Below, one piece after another: positions 40,016 to 49,372 of a stretch of 64,000 nt of DNA. Source of the DNA: Achromobacter sp. GTDB taxonomy: Bacteria > Pseudomonadota > Gammaproteobacteria > Burkholderiales > Burkholderiaceae_B. The translations under genes were made by a program, and so were the position numbers. Below the pieces are notes generated by a model. It was not told the origin of the DNA. It saw only the letters and a list, made by a program, of their open reading frames with translations, and searched no databases. The stretch spans positions 2,939 through 66,938 of the forward strand of contig DALZRX010000001.1 in assembly GCA_032015805.1 (NCBI GenBank), in the 5' to 3' direction. The stretch's first letter is position 1. The number at the start of each line of letters is the position of its first letter.

Positions 40016-41506
40016 ATGTGCGTTTTGTCCAAACTTGCCTTGGCGGCCGGGATGCTGCTGGCCGTCTTCCAGCCCGCCGCGCCCGCACTTGCACAGGGCT
40101 CAGCGCCTATGTCGCCGCTTGTCCAGCAAATCAACCAGGGCAACTGGCTGGATCCCAAAGAGGCAGAGAGCCTGCGCGACGAGCTCTACTACCAGCGAGC
40201 AATTCATGCATACATGACCATGCTGCCAGCGCTGAACGTGATCGGCATGCGCGACGGTTCAGAAAAGGAATTCGGCGCTGGCTACAACGTGCTGCCCATC
40301 TGGAAGGAACGCATGGACGCCCGCGCCATGGTGCCCACGCCCAACGCCGATGTGATTTATTCGATGAGCTACCTGGATCTGAAGAAGACCGGGCCGCTCG
40401 TGGTGAAGGCGCCGCCCAACGTCATCGGCATGTTCACCGATTTTTTCCAGCGCACCCTCGCCGACGTCGGCGCGATTGGTCCCGACCGCGCTCGCGGCGG
40501 CCTGTATCTGCTATTGCCGCCTGATTACGACGGACACGTGCCAAGCAGCTACTTCGTCGTCAAGTCTCCGACCTACAACGTGTTCCTGTTCTTTCGCACG
40601 ATCATGGCCAAAGGGGAGGGCAAGCCGGACCCCGCGCCAGCCGTCAAGGCTGCCGAGACCACGCGCATTTATCCTTTGTGGACCGTGGAAAAAGACATCA
40701 AACCTATGGAGTTTCCAGACGGGTCGGGCAAAGCCATCAACATGATGTATCCCGTTGACCAGGCGTACTGGACCAAGCTCAAGGAGTTCGTCGACTACGA
40801 GCCTGTTTCCGCCATCGACCCGGAGTTGCGCGGTGTCCTGGCCTCGATCGGCATCGTCAAGGGGCAACCCTTCATGCCCTCCGCCAGGCAACAGGAGCTA
40901 CTTAAAAAGGCAGTGGAAACCGCTCCGAAGATGATCCTGGCGACGCGACAGCTGGGGCGTGACGACAAACGTCATCTGTACTATAAGGACCGGCAGTGGG
41001 AGCGCGCGTGGGCGGGCGCCACGGCCGAATGGATGCAGGACAGCTATCTGGACGTGAGCCAGCGCGCGACGTTCTTCCAGATCGCCTATTCGTCAGCACC
41101 AGCCATGGTGATGCGCACCACGGGCGCGGGGTCCAAATATCCTTTCACGGCTCGCGATGCAAGCGGCGAGTTCTTGAACGGGTCGGGCACGTACAAGCTT
41201 CGCATGCCGCCCGATGCCCCCGCAGCGCTATTCTGGGCCGTCACTGTGTACAACGTGACCGACGGGACGATGCCCGAAACCGATCAACTGATGCCGTCGA
41301 CTAACGGCTACTACGATATTCCGAAGCAGAAGGATGGCTCGATAGAAATCTGGTTCGGCCCGGAGAAGCCCGCAGACGTCGTGGATGCCGCGTTCATCAA
41401 GACAGTCCCCGGGCGTGATTTTCTCGTTACCCTGCGACTGTACGGTGCGGAGGATGCTTTCTATGACCAGACGTGGAAGCCGGACGATGTCGTCAAGATC
41501 AAATGA
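40016..41506 (+). CDS. Secreted DUF1254/DUF1214 protein
   Basis: Signal peptide, TPNADVIY, GPDRARGG, FWAVTVY, DGSIEIWFGP, LRLYG. Confidence 0.9.
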   Translation: MCVLSKLALAAGMLLAVFQPAAPALAQGSAPMSPLVQQINQGNWLDPKEAESLRDELYYQRAIHAYMTMLPALNVIGMRDGSEKEFGAGYNVLPIWKERMDARAMVPTPNADVIYSMSYLDLKKTGPLVVKAPPNVIGMFTDFFQRTLADVGAIGPDRARGGLYLLLPPDYDGHVPSSYFVVKSPTYNVFLFFRTIMAKGEGKPDPAPAVKAAETTRIYPLWTVEKDIKPMEFPDGSGKAINMMYPVDQAYWTKLKEFVDYEPVSAIDPELRGVLASIGIVKGQPFMPSARQQELLKKAVETAPKMILATRQLGRDDKRHLYYKDRQWERAWAGATAEWMQDSYLDVSQRATFFQIAYSSAPAMVMRTTGAGSKYPFTARDASGEFLNGSGTYKLRMPPDAPAALFWAVTVYNVTDGTMPETDQLMPSTNGYYDIPKQKDGSIEIWFGPEKPADVVDAAFIKTVPGRDFLVTLRLYGAEDAFYDQTWKPDDVVKIK

Positions 41507-41528
41507 TTCCGCGTCGGCGCTCTGAACC

Positions 41529-42332
41529 ATGAAGACAGATTCAGCCAGGCTCGCCATCATGGCTGCGGTCGCTACCGTCGCCATAGGGGCTTCTGCGGGA
41601 GCATCGGCTCAGACAAACGCTACCGACTCCGCGGCACAGGCCAACAATCCGCTGGCCAATATGACGGCCTTCAACATCCAGAATTACTACATCGGCAGGC
41701 AGACCGAAACCGGCGATACCGCCAACCAGTTCTGGCTGCGTTATGCGCAGCCGTTCTCCATCTCGAAAAGCAATTGGCTGATGCGGGCCTCGCTACCCGT
41801 GAACACCTTCCCGGTGGACGGCAGTCATAAGACGGGCATCGGCGACCTGAATATCTTCACGGCCTATCTCATAGACACCGGCAACCCCGCCGTCAGCTTT
41901 GGCATCGGGCCGCAGCTCACTGCGCCCACCGCCACCAAGAAGGAGGTGGGCAGCGAAAAATGGTCGGCCGGACTGGTCAACGTCTTGTTCGATGCCAGCT
42001 CGGCGAAGTTCCAGTATGGGTATCTGCTGTCTTGGCAGAGCAGCTTCGCAGGCTCCAGCCGTCGCGAAGACGCGAATTTGGTGGCTTTCCAGCCCTTTGC
42101 GATGTACCAGCTAGGTGGCGGCACCTATCTGCGGGCGGCGCCGGTGTCGACTTACAATTTAAAGAACGACGGCTATGGCGTGCCGTTAGGGATAGGCATC
42201 GGGCAGGTATTCAAGCATCAGAAGACCGTATAAAACCTATTCATCGAACCCCAGTTCGCCGTGGCCAGTCGAGGGCCTGGACAGCCGGACTGGCAGATAT
42301 ACATGGGCCTGAATATGCAGTTTCCCAATTGA
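41529..42332 (+). pseudogene. Outer-membrane beta-barrel-like gene (ANNPLA family) with internal nonsense codon
   Basis: Signal peptide, ANNPLA, GIGD, FGIGP; TAA at 42231-42233 then in-frame NLFIEPQF...QIYMGLNMQFPN-TGA. Confidence 0.8.
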
Positions 42333-42486
42333 GGTCAGTGTTGCGCATGGCCTTAGAAACCGGCCAGCGATAGCCGCATCGACAGCTTAAGTACTGTCAC
42401 TTCTAGCCGCCTGTATCACTGATCTGAGCGGGAATGATGCTGACAGCCCCCGCGGCAAGAGGTTGGTGGCCGAAAATGCGCGCCAT

Positions 42487-42550
42487 GTCCGCTTGTGGCC
42501 GTGAACAGTCGTCGACGACTGGCCGATCGACCGCACTACCCAAAGTGGTC
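42487..42550. repeat. Pair of palindromic motifs (+ 42487-42510; degenerate - 42529-42550)
   Basis: GTCCGCT-TG-TGGCCG-TG-AACAGTC and rc GACCACT-TT-GGGTAG-T-GCGGTC. Confidence 0.65.
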
Positions 42551-42560
42551 ATAGCAGCGC

Positions 42561-43010
42561 CTAGTCACTGCTACTTCCCATCAAAATCCACCTTTTTCCA
42601 CCACTCTGAATATCGAAAGCGAAGTCCCAGAACACTGGGTATGCGGGATGGCCTTTGCTTAGCCAAAATGAGGTTATGGTGCTTGCTTGGTCTAAGCACA
42701 CATGCATGAATAGATCTTCAAGAAGATTCAGGATCTCGGAGCGCTTTGCATTCAAGTCCAGTGGGCCGTAACCGTCATCCCCGACGTGCAGCAGTTGCTC
42801 GGTCACTTCTCCGCGTGCCTCGCTTGCAGTTACGCAGGACTGCCCGCCAATGATCACTTCGTTACCAGTGGAATGAGCGAGTTGCTCTTCCAGTGTCCGA
42901 TTTAGGTCGAAGGGTCCGTAGGTGTTAACCCAGACCGAATAGTTGAGACCCTCCAAGAGATGCTCAAGCCTGAGGACTCCATTTGCGCGTAAATCTTGGG
43001 TGATACGCAT
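42561..43010 (-). CDS. Hypothetical protein (orphan, AT-richer)
   Basis: 149 aa, GGGAG RBS, C-terminal HPAYPVFWDFAF...MGSSSD. Confidence 0.75.
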   Translation of the reverse strand: MRITQDLRANGVLRLEHLLEGLNYSVWVNTYGPFDLNRTLEEQLAHSTGNEVIIGGQSCVTASEARGEVTEQLLHVGDDGYGPLDLNAKRSEILNLLEDLFMHVCLDQASTITSFWLSKGHPAYPVFWDFAFDIQSGGKRWILMGSSSD

Positions 43011-43073
43011 GCTGACTCCCTGAATCAGTGCTTCTAAGCCTGCTGAAATGCCCGGCTTTTGTTGATACTCGAT

Positions 43074-43097
43074 GACCGCTCCTGGCCGTCGGCGGAA
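43074..43097 (+). repeat. 24-bp palindromic motif
   Basis: GACCGCT-CC-TGGCCG-TC-GGCGGAA; degenerate inverted copy at 43117-43140. Confidence 0.6.
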
Positions 43098-43186
43098 CTT
43101 CGCCGCCGACTGCTGAGGTCATTATCCGCGAGAACCGGACGCTCCGACGCCGCGTGCATGATCCACTGGGATATGCGGCCCACGAT

Positions 43187-44605
43187 TCAATGAGATGCAA
43201 GGATTCTTGCAAGCGTCGCGCATGCGGTTTCTATGTTGTCGGGGTGCAGGTTCGTCACGCTGAGTAGCAAGCCACGTTGCGCGTGCCCGCGGCTAAGGTG
43301 CCAAGCGGAGAGCGCCGAGGGCGCGAGGCCATGTGCGCGGGCGATATGCACCACGGCGATGTCGTCGGCAATCTGTGGCAGCGGTGCGATTACGCCCAGG
43401 CCAGCCGCCAGCGTGCCCGGCAGAAGCCTGTTTACATGCGTTAGCGCGAGGTTGCGGCGCTCGGTATAGAGAGCCTTCATCTGCCGCAGGTGCCGCAGGA
43501 AGTGCCCATTGGATAGAAACTCCGAAACAGCCAACTGGGCGATCCGGTTCGGAGCCGGGGCCAACACGGCGGCGACCTCAATCAGGCGCTCCGCCAGCGA
43601 ACGTGGGGCGACGACGAACCCGAGGCCGAGCGCCGGGCTGAGCGTTTTGCTGAACGACCCGATGTGAATTACACGCTCGGCGCCTGCACCTGAGGCAAGG
43701 GCCGGTGCCGCCCGACCGTCGAGCTGAAGTTCTCCGAGATAGTCATCTTCGATGATCCAGGCGCCACTTGCCGCCGCCCAGTCGAGCAAGGCGTGTCTTC
43801 GCGCGCGCGATAGGGTCACGCCTAGCGGTGCGTGCTGGCCTGGGGTGACCAGTGCCAGCAGGGCGTCTGGGGCCCGGGCGATGCCATCGTCCACGCGCAG
43901 CCCCTCGGCGTCAACGGTCACAGGTTCGAGGGTGGCGCCGATCAGCTCGAGCGCGCGCCTTCCCAGCGGATAACCTGGCTCTTCGATCCAAGCCTTGCGC
44001 CCCTGAGCGCGTAGCGCCGCGAGGGCGAGCAGCAGGCCCTGCCGGTATCCACCGGTGACGATGATTTGATCGGGATGGCATTGCATTTGCCGGCTGATGG
44101 CAAGGTGGCTCGCGATCTGGGCCCGCAGCACGGGTTCGCCTCGCGGGTCCGCGTAGGCCGTGTCAGTGATCGCGTCGTCGCGTAGGGCACGCGCTCGCAT
44201 GCGGGCCCAGAGCTTGGCCGGAAACGCGTCGTGAGCGGGTACGCCCATTTGGAACGGCCGTGGGGTGCTTGAAAATGGACGGTTGAAGGCCGCCAAAGGT
44301 CTGTCGATTGGCAAGTCGTCGACCGCTTCGATGGTAGGCGGCCGAGCGCTTACGCGCGTTCCAGCGGGTCCGGCACCGAATACCAGGTTCTCGGCGATTA
44401 GCCGATCGTATGCCACGCGGATGGTGCCGCGCGCGACACCAAGCTGCGCGGCGAGGTCCCGACCGGAAGGCAAACGCTGTCCTGGCGCAAGCCGGCCGTC
44501 GAGGATCGCCTGTCGCAGGCTCGCATGGATCTGGTCGCCGATTGCCGCGACGGCGGCTCGGTCCACCTGAATCGCCAGCGCATCGAACGTACTTAAGTCA
44601 GTCAT
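43187..44605 (-). CDS. MocR/GabR (GntR HTH + PLP aminotransferase-like) regulator
   Basis: RLPSGRDLAAQLGVAR, EEPGY, IIEDDY, SFSKTL. Confidence 0.93.
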   Translation of the reverse strand: MTDLSTFDALAIQVDRAAVAAIGDQIHASLRQAILDGRLAPGQRLPSGRDLAAQLGVARGTIRVAYDRLIAENLVFGAGPAGTRVSARPPTIEAVDDLPIDRPLAAFNRPFSSTPRPFQMGVPAHDAFPAKLWARMRARALRDDAITDTAYADPRGEPVLRAQIASHLAISRQMQCHPDQIIVTGGYRQGLLLALAALRAQGRKAWIEEPGYPLGRRALELIGATLEPVTVDAEGLRVDDGIARAPDALLALVTPGQHAPLGVTLSRARRHALLDWAAASGAWIIEDDYLGELQLDGRAAPALASGAGAERVIHIGSFSKTLSPALGLGFVVAPRSLAERLIEVAAVLAPAPNRIAQLAVSEFLSNGHFLRHLRQMKALYTERRNLALTHVNRLLPGTLAAGLGVIAPLPQIADDIAVVHIARAHGLAPSALSAWHLSRGHAQRGLLLSVTNLHPDNIETACATLARILASH

Positions 44606-44758
44606 CTTGGGTCAGTCGTTTCGGCAGTTTTTGGGCCTGTTTCTCCAACGGCCGGTGGAGTAACGTCTGCTTATGACATGGATCGCGGTCGAAGTCGATA
44701 GGCGGCCTTCGGGGCGCGCCGGCCGCGATCCGACAATCATCAACAACAGCAAAGGACT

Positions 44759-45208
44759 GTGATGACCCGTTTGAACTGGCAAGAGATCGCACCTGAAGGC
44801 GCAAAGGCACTTTTCGGTATCCACCACTACGTCACGAGAAGGACGAACCTTCCGGAGGAACTCGTGCACCTCGTGTTCCTCCGCGTTTCGCAAATCAATG
44901 GCTGCGCACACTGCATCGATATGCACAGTCGCGATCTAAGAAAAACCATGTCGATCGACAAGATCAGTTTGGTACCGGTATGGGACGAGGTGCACCATTT
45001 GTTCTCTGAGCAGGAGCGCGCCGCGCTGGCCTGGGCTGAGGAGGTGACCCGTGTCAGCGAGACGCACGCGTCTGATGAGGCGTATGCCGCCGCCTCGGCA
45101 CAATTCGCGCCCAAGGAACTGGTTGACCTCACGATCACGATCGCCGCAATGAACGCGTTCAATCGGCTGGGATCGCCATTTCGAGTTCCTGTCGCTGCTC
45201 AGTCGTGA
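44759..45208 (+). CDS. AhpD/carboxymuconolactone decarboxylase family protein
   Basis: LRVSQINGCAHCIDMH, ERAALAWAE, MNAFNR. Confidence 0.92.
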   Translation: MMTRLNWQEIAPEGAKALFGIHHYVTRRTNLPEELVHLVFLRVSQINGCAHCIDMHSRDLRKTMSIDKISLVPVWDEVHHLFSEQERAALAWAEEVTRVSETHASDEAYAAASAQFAPKELVDLTITIAAMNAFNRLGSPFRVPVAAQS

Positions 45209-45332
45209 TCTGGTTTCCACACGCAGATTGGAAGTGATGCTTCACGGGCTCGAAGATTGCAGAGCCCTAGGCGTCGATGATGCATTTCAGTCGAGCTGCG
45301 CGAAGGGCAGCTTTGGAAAACCGCCTGCGAGC

Positions 45333-45356
45333 GTCTGCTAATGGCCGTAAGCGGCC
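45333..45356 (+). repeat. 24-bp palindromic motif
   Basis: GTCTGCT-AA-TGGCCG-TA-AGCGGCC; half-site ATGACCGCT at 45379. Confidence 0.65.
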
Positions 45357-45683
45357 AGTTCTGGTGGTTGCCCCCGGGATGACCGCTAGGGCTGAGGTGC
45401 GCGGCGGCTGAACCAACCGTGGTGTGGCTAGGAGCTGTCGATCGTGGGCGAGGTTGGGGCGGTCGTCCAACTGAGCGAAGGAATGAGACCAAGGAGCCCG
45501 TGAGCTGGTCAGCATATTAGATGCCTAAGTTCAGTGAACTTTTTTTGGTCGAAAATCCCACGTTAAATGAACCACGGCAAACAAAGTGGATGAATCAAAT
45601 TTCGATAAGTCCTTGATTTGTATGGTGTGGCGTCCTCACTTTCAATTGAAAGCCGACATTCCGATCAAAAGCAGATTCTTAAC

Positions 45684-46460
45684 CTACACCCCGATGGTGT
45701 AACCCCCATTGACCGACAGGTGCTGACCCGTGACATATGACGCGGCGTCCGAAAGCAGGAAACATACCGGCCGGACTACCTCGTCAGCCTCTCCCCAACG
45801 GCCCAGCGGAATCTGGGCAAGATAGGTGTCGCGAAATTTTTCGCCGCGGATGGTTTCTGTCATGGGGGTTTCCACCACCCCAAATCCCACCGTATTGACG
45901 CGGATGCCATATTTGGCCCATTCGCGTGCCGCGCACATGGTCAGGCCCAGGACGCCTGCCTTGGCCGCGCCATAATTGATCTGGCCAATGGTGCCGCGCC
46001 GGCCCGCGTCGGACGAGATGTTCACGATCGAACCGGCGCCGTCGCCGCCAGTTTTGGCGCGAGCCAGCAGATGTCGACCCAGCGCCTGGACAAAATAGAA
46101 GGCCCCGGTCAGGTGAACGTCGATGACCAGTTGCCAGTCGGCCGCCGACATTTTGTCGATCATGGCTGTGCGCGTCACGCCCGCGTTGTTGACCAAGGCA
46201 TTTACCCCGCCAAAGGCCGCAACGCCGGCATCTACCGCTTGCGAAGCCAAGGCCGGGTCCGCCACATTGCCCGCAACCGTTACGCAACGCTCAGCGCCCA
46301 ACGAATCGCGCAACGCCGCCAACGCATCGGCATTGAGGTCAACGGCCACCACGCGGCCGCCGAGATCGGTGATCGCAGTTGCCAGCGCGAGGCCGATGCC
46401 TTGGCCAGCCCCCGTCACAATGACTTGTTGGTTCTCGAGGGAGAGTAAGTTGCTTTGCAT
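45684..46460 (-). CDS. SDR (FabG-like) acyl-CoA reductase/dehydrogenase
   Basis: TGAGQGIG, NNAG, YGAAK. Confidence 0.92.
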   Translation of the reverse strand: MQSNLLSLENQQVIVTGAGQGIGLALATAITDLGGRVVAVDLNADALAALRDSLGAERCVTVAGNVADPALASQAVDAGVAAFGGVNALVNNAGVTRTAMIDKMSAADWQLVIDVHLTGAFYFVQALGRHLLARAKTGGDGAGSIVNISSDAGRRGTIGQINYGAAKAGVLGLTMCAAREWAKYGIRVNTVGFGVVETPMTETIRGEKFRDTYLAQIPLGRWGEADEVVRPVCFLLSDAASYVTGQHLSVNGGYTIGV

Positions 46461-46481
46461 GAAATTCTTCCCGGTTTGTAC

Positions 46482-47639
46482 TTAGATTGTTTCGGCGGTG
46501 CCAAGAACCAGCGTGGCCTGACTGGACAGCTCGCCGCCATTTCCGTGCGCGAGCGCCAGCTTTGCGTCCGGAACCTGACGCTCGCCTGCATTTCCCGCAA
46601 GTTGCTGCGCGGCCTCCACCATGGTGAACAGCCCATACATACCCGGATGCACGCAGGACAACCCGCCACCATTGGTGTTGACCGGCAGTTCCCCGCCAGG
46701 CGCAATGCGTCCTCCCCCCACGAAGGCCGCACCCTCGCCCTTGGCGCAGAAGCCCAAATCTTCCAGAAACAGAATGGTGTTCAGCGTGAAGGCGTCGTAC
46801 AGTTCCACGACGTCGATGTCGCTGGCCGCAACGCCGGCCATGGCCATGGCCCGCGGGCCGCTAAGGGAGGCGGCGGTGACGGTCAGGTCAGGCATGTTGG
46901 TAATGTCCTTGTGCCACGCGGCGGCGGCGCCGCCCAGCAGATAGGCAGGCCGCGCGGCAACATCCCGTGCCCGGTCAGCACGCACCATGACCACCGCGGC
47001 AGCCCCGTCCGTGACCAGGCAGCAGTCCCTGACCGAGAAGGGGTCGCAAACCATTCGGGAGGCCAGATAGTCTTCCATGGAAAGTGGATCGCGCATGAAG
47101 GCGTCGGGATTTTTTTGCGCCCACTGCCGAGCCGCGATTGCTACAGCGCCGAGTTGTTCCTTTTCCAGGCCATACTGCGCGGCGTATCGCGAAGCCGCCA
47201 ATGCGTATCCCCCGACGGGTCGGGAAAGACGGTATGGCCTTTCATAGGGAGACGGTCGCATTGAGCTCACTAGCTTGCCTGCGCCGGTGCGCTGGTTACT
47301 GCCGTAGGCAATAAGCGCCACGTCGCACAGCCCCGCATCGAGCGCTAGTGCTGCGTGAATGGCATGCGTTTGAAACGACGAGCCGCCAGTGCGATTGTTG
47401 TCTGTAAGACGCGGCGAAATCCCGAGGTACTCGGTGAAGCTCAGCCCGGATAGGTAGTCGTCGGGCAGACCGATGAAAAGCCCGTCGACATCGGCTGGCG
47501 TCAGCCCGACGGCCGACAGCGCCTGGACGCTGGCGCGCACGGCAAGGTCGAGCGAAGTCAGGCCAGGCGCCTCGCCGATGCCGTAGGTGGCCGATGAGAC
47601 GATCGCGGATCTTCCGCGAGGGAAGCCCTCCAGGCTCAT
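46482..47639 (-). CDS. Thiolase-superfamily protein (SCP2/Ltp2-like)
   Basis: CCLVTDGAAA, ELYDAF, NTNGGGLS, HGNGG; Gly where the N-terminal nucleophilic Cys is expected (RTGGSS). Confidence 0.88.
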   Translation of the reverse strand: MSLEGFPRGRSAIVSSATYGIGEAPGLTSLDLAVRASVQALSAVGLTPADVDGLFIGLPDDYLSGLSFTEYLGISPRLTDNNRTGGSSFQTHAIHAALALDAGLCDVALIAYGSNQRTGAGKLVSSMRPSPYERPYRLSRPVGGYALAASRYAAQYGLEKEQLGAVAIAARQWAQKNPDAFMRDPLSMEDYLASRMVCDPFSVRDCCLVTDGAAAVVMVRADRARDVAARPAYLLGGAAAAWHKDITNMPDLTVTAASLSGPRAMAMAGVAASDIDVVELYDAFTLNTILFLEDLGFCAKGEGAAFVGGGRIAPGGELPVNTNGGGLSCVHPGMYGLFTMVEAAQQLAGNAGERQVPDAKLALAHGNGGELSSQATLVLGTAETI

Positions 47640-48040
47640 GCTAGTTCCTTTGCCGCAGGGGTGAAGACCACTAGCGGCTGCCCGTCTTCATCGCGAGAGA
47701 TGCGGGCCAGCACGGGCATGCCTACTCGCACCTCCATCGGGTCCAATCCCTCGATGCGGGACATCATGCGCGGCCCTTCCTCCAACTCGACAAGGCACAC
47801 GTTGTACGGTGTCGCGGGCGGGCGAACTCGCATGACGGTCGTGGCGTACACAGTGCCTCGTCCCGACGCCGCAACCCATTCGAGGTCGCGCATGCCGGTG
47901 CGAGGTGCGACGACGCGCGGGTAAAACACAAATTCGCCGCTGGAGCGGGAACGCTGGATCATGAAACGTCCCTCCGCCAGATGCGCGAAGTATTCCTGCT
48001 GAGGCGACTGCACGTCGTCGGGACACGGATGGGCGGTCAT
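47636..48040 (-). CDS. DUF35 OB-fold partner protein
   Basis: FYPR, SGRGTVYA, VELEEGPRMMSRI, VGMPV; overlaps thiolase start. Confidence 0.88.
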   Translation of the reverse strand: MTAHPCPDDVQSPQQEYFAHLAEGRFMIQRSRSSGEFVFYPRVVAPRTGMRDLEWVAASGRGTVYATTVMRVRPPATPYNVCLVELEEGPRMMSRIEGLDPMEVRVGMPVLARISRDEDGQPLVVFTPAAKELA

Positions 48041-48837
48041 TTACCCTCCTCGGGCCATTGGTACAAGGGAGGCTGCTTGTCGATGAAGCGACGCGCAGCT
48101 TCCTGGTGGAACTGGCTTTCCCGGCACAACGACTGTGCCATGGCCTCCTGCATGTAAACGGTGTGCCGGTCGGACTCAAAAGCACGGTTCATCACCGACT
48201 TCATGATGCCCAGTGCGCCAGCGGGCGCGTGCTCGAACCGCGCGGCGAAGTCCAGTGCCGCGTCCAGCAGCGGCCGCTTTTCTTCGATCTTATGCACGAT
48301 GCCGAGCGCCTGTGCTTCGTGCGCGCTCACGACGCGCGCCGAGAATGCGAGTGCCTTGGCACGCGCCAACCCCACGGCGCGCGGCAGCAGGTACATGCCG
48401 CCCAGGTCCGGCACATAGCCGATGCGTGCGAAGACGGCACAGAACGTGGCGCGCGGCGACGCCAACACGAGATCGGCGGCCAGCGCCAACGAGAGGCCCG
48501 CGCCGTAGGCTACGCCTTCAACAGCGGCGATGACGGGTTTTTCCAGGTCGACCAGGTCATCGAACCAGCGCTGCATGCCGATAATGCGGCTTCGGCCCTC
48601 GAAGACGTCGGTATTTCCCTGGCCTTCAGTCATTGCGCGCAAATCTCCTCCGGCGCAGAAATGCCCGCCTGAGCCCGTCAGCACGACCGCGCGAATTTTC
48701 TCGTCGTCCCGCACCTCGGGCAATGCCTCAGCCAGTGCGTTGCGCAATTCCAGGCTCAAGGCGTTACGCGCCTCGGGTCGGTTCAGCGTGAGCACAGCAC
48801 AGGCGCCCACGCGGGTTAATTCAAGTACGGACATCAT
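48037..48837 (-). CDS. Enoyl-CoA hydratase/isomerase
   Basis: LNRPEARNAL, FCAGGD, KPVIAAVEG, PDLGG. Confidence 0.92.
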   Translation of the reverse strand: MMSVLELTRVGACAVLTLNRPEARNALSLELRNALAEALPEVRDDEKIRAVVLTGSGGHFCAGGDLRAMTEGQGNTDVFEGRSRIIGMQRWFDDLVDLEKPVIAAVEGVAYGAGLSLALAADLVLASPRATFCAVFARIGYVPDLGGMYLLPRAVGLARAKALAFSARVVSAHEAQALGIVHKIEEKRPLLDAALDFAARFEHAPAGALGIMKSVMNRAFESDRHTVYMQEAMAQSLCRESQFHQEAARRFIDKQPPLYQWPEEGK

Positions 48838-48902
48838 CGCTCCTCGTAAACACTGGCGCACCACCGGCTCCGAAAGAACCGGAGAACCGCGGAGGCGGGC
48901 GG

Positions 48903-49367
48903 CTAGTAACGGATCTGCATCAGCCACTCGGCCACCATGGCCGGGCGCTCCGCGGCCTGCTCCCGCACGTCGACCTCCCAGAAGCAACGCGCTTCGTTCT
49001 CCCGCAAGTCGTCGACTCGAGCCAGTTTGAAGCTGCCCACCAATGCCGAGCCGCTAGGTACGGGGGCGGGGAAGCGCACCTTGTCAAAGCCGTAGTTCAA
49101 CGCCAGCTTGCGGCCAGGAAAGTCGAACAACCGGTGATACCAGCCGGTGATGAGCGACAAGGTAAGCAGACCGTGCGCGATGGTGCCCCCGAATGGAGAT
49201 TCTGTTGCCGCGCGCTTCGGGTCGACGTGGATCCATTGGCGGTCCAGGGTGACCGCTGCGAACGTGTCGATCGCGTGCTGGTCAACGACAATGGGCTGGC
49301 CAGTGACAGCAGGTTGGCCCACGAACGCCTTTAGAGCCGCAATCGAATCGAAGCTTTTCTTTTCCAT
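48903..49367 (-). CDS. MaoC-like (R)-hydratase
   Basis: DRQWIHVD, IAHGLLTLSL, NYGFDKVRF. Confidence 0.92.
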   Translation of the reverse strand: MEKKSFDSIAALKAFVGQPAVTGQPIVVDQHAIDTFAAVTLDRQWIHVDPKRAATESPFGGTIAHGLLTLSLITGWYHRLFDFPGRKLALNYGFDKVRFPAPVPSGSALVGSFKLARVDDLRENEARCFWEVDVREQAAERPAMVAEWLMQIRY

Positions 49368-49372
49368 GCTGG

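Noticed and set aside
29956..45356. CRISPR array or classical integron attC interpretation of the repeats
   Set aside because: Copies are degenerate, kilobases apart and in both orientations; there are no regular spacers, cas genes, intI gene or attC R-boxes.
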